DNA of 38,123 nt. Source: Candidatus Spechtbacterales bacterium (lineage in GTDB: Bacteria; Patescibacteriota; Minisyncoccia; Spechtbacterales; 2-12-FULL-38-22). The notes under the pieces are model-generated. The model did not search any database, was not told the origin of the DNA, and worked only from the letters and a program-made list of their open reading frames with translations. Shown piece after piece: positions 35,451 through 38,123 of this stretch. The DNA is taken from positions 1-38,123 of the forward strand of contig JAWWAH010000002.1 in the NCBI GenBank assembly GCA_033721415.1, read 5' to 3'. Position numbers and translations under genes: made by a program. The first letter of the stretch is position 1; each line of letters starts with the position of its first letter.

Positions 35451-38123
35451 ATGATGACAGATTCATCTTATAACTCGAATAAGGACTCAAAAAAACCGCC
35501 TAAAAAAGGTGGTATTTGGCGAAAACACTTATATTCAGAAGTAGTGGATCTTCGTGCCGAATTTGCATCTGAAGAAGAAATAGTGCAACAGAAAAATAGA
35601 GAACTGGCTAGTCTTTCTACAAAAACAGTAAGAGATATAGATCCTGTTGTGGCGCCTAATAACTCAGATCAAAATGTTGAAAAAAATATTCTTGGCAAAG
35701 CAATAGATGAGCGTTTTTCAGCTTCTCTAATAAAGAAAAGTAGCGATAGAGAGAAAAATTTTACAGACCCAGAGTCAGGTCATAAAATCCCATCAAAAGA
35801 AGAGCTCTATGAAGAGCTTTCAGCTTTATATGAAGAAGATTTAAGAATCGAGGAAGATCTTGTAAAAAAGAAAAACATTCTTGCCAGTACAGATGCAAAT
35901 TCGAACGATCATGAAGAGGAAGAAAGTTTAGAGGAAGATTATAATGAGACATCTAAAGCGGATGAGCAGATTTATGAAAATAATAGCCACACTGGAATAT
36001 CCTTAATACCCAAAAAACAACAAACCCCACAAACCCCTTTGGAAGATAGGGATGTTGAACCAGCAGAAAGCCCAGCCGAGAAAGAATCAAGTATAAAGCT
36101 ATCTGCAATATTATCATCTATTTTACCGAAAAAGAAAAAACCTATACTTGTTTTTTCATCGAATCAAAACAAAAGCAAAAAGATAGCACTAAGGAAAGCT
36201 ATAACAGTGTTTTCCTTATTATGTATAATCTCTTTAGCAGGGGGTGGGATGTTTAGCTATTTTAAATTAACAAACCTTAAAGAAACATCGGAAACGCAGG
36301 CTAAAACAGCTTATTCGTATATGAGACAAGGCAAAGATAGCTTGCTTAATATGGATGCAGCGGCTGCTGAAGACAATTTTCTTAAAGCAAAAAAAGAATT
36401 TCAATCAATAGAAAATGAATTTGGTTTCCTTGGCAAAGATCTTATTGGCTTAGCCGCTAGCTTGCCTGTTCAGTCTTCTGTTGGTTCCATGGCTCATCTT
36501 TTTCGCGCAGGAACTCTCTATGCTGACGCAGGCTATGAGGCCTCTGTTGCCTTTGGCTTAATACAGAACGCATCCCCAGGTGGTATAGGTGGAGAAGGCA
36601 ATGATCAAGGCCTTACAGACAATATAGTTCAAGCAGGGCTTCATCTGCAAAGATCAAGAGAATATATAACAGAAGCAAACACAGAGCTTTCCTTTGCTAG
36701 GCCAGAGGATATACCACAAGAATTTCAAAGCGATATACATAAACTTCAATCAGAAGCAGGAAACATCGAACAAGTTTTTGAAGAAACATTCTCTTCGCTT
36801 GATGTTGTGCTCTCCTTTATGGGGCACAAGGAACCCAAAAAATATATGCTGGCTTTTCAAAATTCTGGTGAACTAAGGGCGACCGGAGGATTTATCGGTT
36901 CTTATGGTATCCTCGATCTCCACAAAGGTAATGTGGAAGAATTGTTTGTTGATGGCATTTATAATCCAGACGGGCAACTAAAGGTAAAAGAATTTTTTGT
37001 TGTGCCTCCAAAACCTCTTCAATATGTTACACCTCATTGGGGTACTCGTGATGCAAACTGGTTCTACGATTTCCCCACATCAGCAGAAAAAATAATGGAT
37101 TTTTATGTTCATACTGGAGGTGCAAAAACAGATGGAGTTATAGCTATTACGCCAAAAGTTGTACTTGATTTTTTGCGTTTAGCTGGACCAATAGATATGC
37201 CTGAATACGGAGTTACTTTAGATGCTGATAACTTTTTAGAATTAGTTCAACAAGAAGTAGAAGAAGATTACGATAAAGAACTCAATCGCCCCAAGAAGAT
37301 TTTAGCGGACATGGCCCCAATATTATTTGAACGCTTAAGCACGGAAGCTGATAAAATGGATTTACTAGATATAATGCTAGAGGGACTTGAAAGAAAGGAT
37401 ATTTTGGTTTATTCTCGTGATGTGCGTGTGCAAGAATCAATACTCAGCAGAAATTGGGGAGGGTCAGTAGATATTCTTGATGATTCTACTGACACAATAA
37501 ACGATTATCTCGCGGTTGTTATAAGTAATATTGGAGGATGGAAGACAGATAAATATACAGAAACTGAAATTGATACTGTTACTATTGTAAATAAAGAAGG
37601 AGAATTAATAAGAACAATTCTTCTTTCCAGGACTCATAATGGTGGGAGGACAGGATACAAGTGGTATGATAAGCCGAATTATGGGTATATAAGAATATAT
37701 ACTCCCAAAGGCTCAGAGCTGTTATCTGTGGAAGGGTTTTCAGAAGAGCCATCTTATATAGAAACAGACTATGAAGAAGAGGGTTATAGAATAGATCCCG
37801 ACGTATCTGCTATTGAAAAAACCCTTTCAAAACATGAGTCAGGAACAGATGTGTTTGAGGAAGCAGGTAAGACAGTGTTTGGTAATTGGCTTTATATCCC
37901 TGCACAGGATAGAAAAATCGCGAAGGTCACGTATAAATTACCTTATAATATCTCATCTAATATTTCTTCATATAATCTAAAAATACAAAAACAAAGTGGC
38001 TTAACTGCTAGCTACTCAGGTTCAATAGAAGAACTTAATGATAATCTTTCTTTTGATAGTTGTAAGTTTAATGATAACGAAAGATTTACACGTGATTTTA
38101 GGTTTACACAAGATAGCGATAGG
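35451..38123 (+). CDS. DUF4012-type envelope protein, 3'-truncated by the window end (at least 891 aa)
   Basis: The frame is open from ATG 35451 (in-frame TAA at 35442-35444) to the last base of the window. It has an acidic, coiled N-terminal ~250 aa and one TM helix (ITVFSLLCIISLAGGGMFSYF). The motif YMLAFQNSGELRATGGFIGSYGILD is characteristic of DUF4012. It is not in the ORF track because no stop lies in the window. Confidence 0.8.
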   Translation, partial: MMTDSSYNSNKDSKKPPKKGGIWRKHLYSEVVDLRAEFASEEEIVQQKNRELASLSTKTVRDIDPVVAPNNSDQNVEKNILGKAIDERFSASLIKKSSDREKNFTDPESGHKIPSKEELYEELSALYEEDLRIEEDLVKKKNILASTDANSNDHEEEESLEEDYNETSKADEQIYENNSHTGISLIPKKQQTPQTPLEDRDVEPAESPAEKESSIKLSAILSSILPKKKKPILVFSSNQNKSKKIALRKAITVFSLLCIISLAGGGMFSYFKLTNLKETSETQAKTAYSYMRQGKDSLLNMDAAAAEDNFLKAKKEFQSIENEFGFLGKDLIGLAASLPVQSSVGSMAHLFRAGTLYADAGYEASVAFGLIQNASPGGIGGEGNDQGLTDNIVQAGLHLQRSREYITEANTELSFARPEDIPQEFQSDIHKLQSEAGNIEQVFEETFSSLDVVLSFMGHKEPKKYMLAFQNSGELRATGGFIGSYGILDLHKGNVEELFVDGIYNPDGQLKVKEFFVVPPKPLQYVTPHWGTRDANWFYDFPTSAEKIMDFYVHTGGAKTDGVIAITPKVVLDFLRLAGPIDMPEYGVTLDADNFLELVQQEVEEDYDKELNRPKKILADMAPILFERLSTEADKMDLLDIMLEGLERKDILVYSRDVRVQESILSRNWGGSVDILDDSTDTINDYLAVVISNIGGWKTDKYTETEIDTVTIVNKEGELIRTILLSRTHNGGRTGYKWYDKPNYGYIRIYTPKGSELLSVEGFSEEPSYIETDYEEEGYRIDPDVSAIEKTLSKHESGTDVFEEAGKTVFGNWLYIPAQDRKIAKVTYKLPYNISSNISSYNLKIQKQSGLTASYSGSIEELNDNLSFDSCKFNDNERFTRDFRFTQDSDR

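Noticed and set aside
35761-36876. ORFs 35761-35952 (-) and 36694-36876 (+)
   Set aside because: Both lie inside the long open frame of the DUF4012-type gene (35451 to the window end), which carries a recognisable family motif.
1-38123. A novel multi-gene defence, secretion or mobile system somewhere in the window
   Set aside because: After assigning every ORF, only four small or medium proteins remain without a family (800-1339, 4356-4703, 4832-5299 and 10370-10699). They are dispersed, not co-oriented as a cassette, and lack nuclease, ATPase or other enzymatic hallmarks. I cannot support such a claim from the sequence.

Overview
The window is visibly AT-rich, tightly packed and almost entirely on the + strand. 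It uses the standard genetic code: TGA acts as a stop at 717-719, 23616-23618, 24362-24364 and 27764-27766. Gene content and architecture point to a small-genome Candidate Phyla Radiation (Patescibacteria)-type bacterium, which is an inference.

Layout:
- 1-7.2 kb: a partial WG-repeat protein, a YjbQ-family protein, four consecutive N-terminally anchored envelope proteins, two small orphan genes, nadK, tRNA-Pro(GGG) and rpmB on the - strand, and an M50 protease.
- 7.3-24.4 kb: the str / S10 / spc ribosomal super-operon, in the order rpsL-rpsG-fusA-[small ORF]-tuf-rpsJ-[203-nt structured spacer]-rplC...rpsE-rplO-secY-adk-map. There is no rpmD (L30), and the usual infA...rplQ continuation is absent.
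- 24.6-31.1 kb: GT2, galT-like, dedA, tpiA, pgk, recJ and rnhA.
- 31.19-31.54 kb: RNase P RNA on the - strand.
- 31.75 kb to the window end: a polysaccharide locus with a priming sugar transferase, two GT4 enzymes and a large DUF4012-type protein that runs off the window.

Two real ORFs are missing from the supplied track because they touch the window edges (2-322 and 35451-38123). Four track ORFs carry spurious N-terminal extensions (rplC, rplF, adk and the first GT4), and a fifth (map) probably starts 3 nt later.

I see no CRISPR array, no transposase, integrase or phage genes, and no recognisable multi-gene defence or secretion system. This is mostly core housekeeping DNA.

The most interesting unexplained signals are cis-regulatory:
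- a terminator/antiterminator-type alternative-hairpin element in the anomalous rpsJ-rplC spacer;
- a dense TACGAAA/TTTCGTA motif array upstream of the GT2 gene;
- near-total absence of Shine-Dalgarno sequences, with one conspicuous exception.

Also notable are a Phd/YefM-like orphan ORF inside the str operon and lysine-rich tails on many ribosomal proteins.
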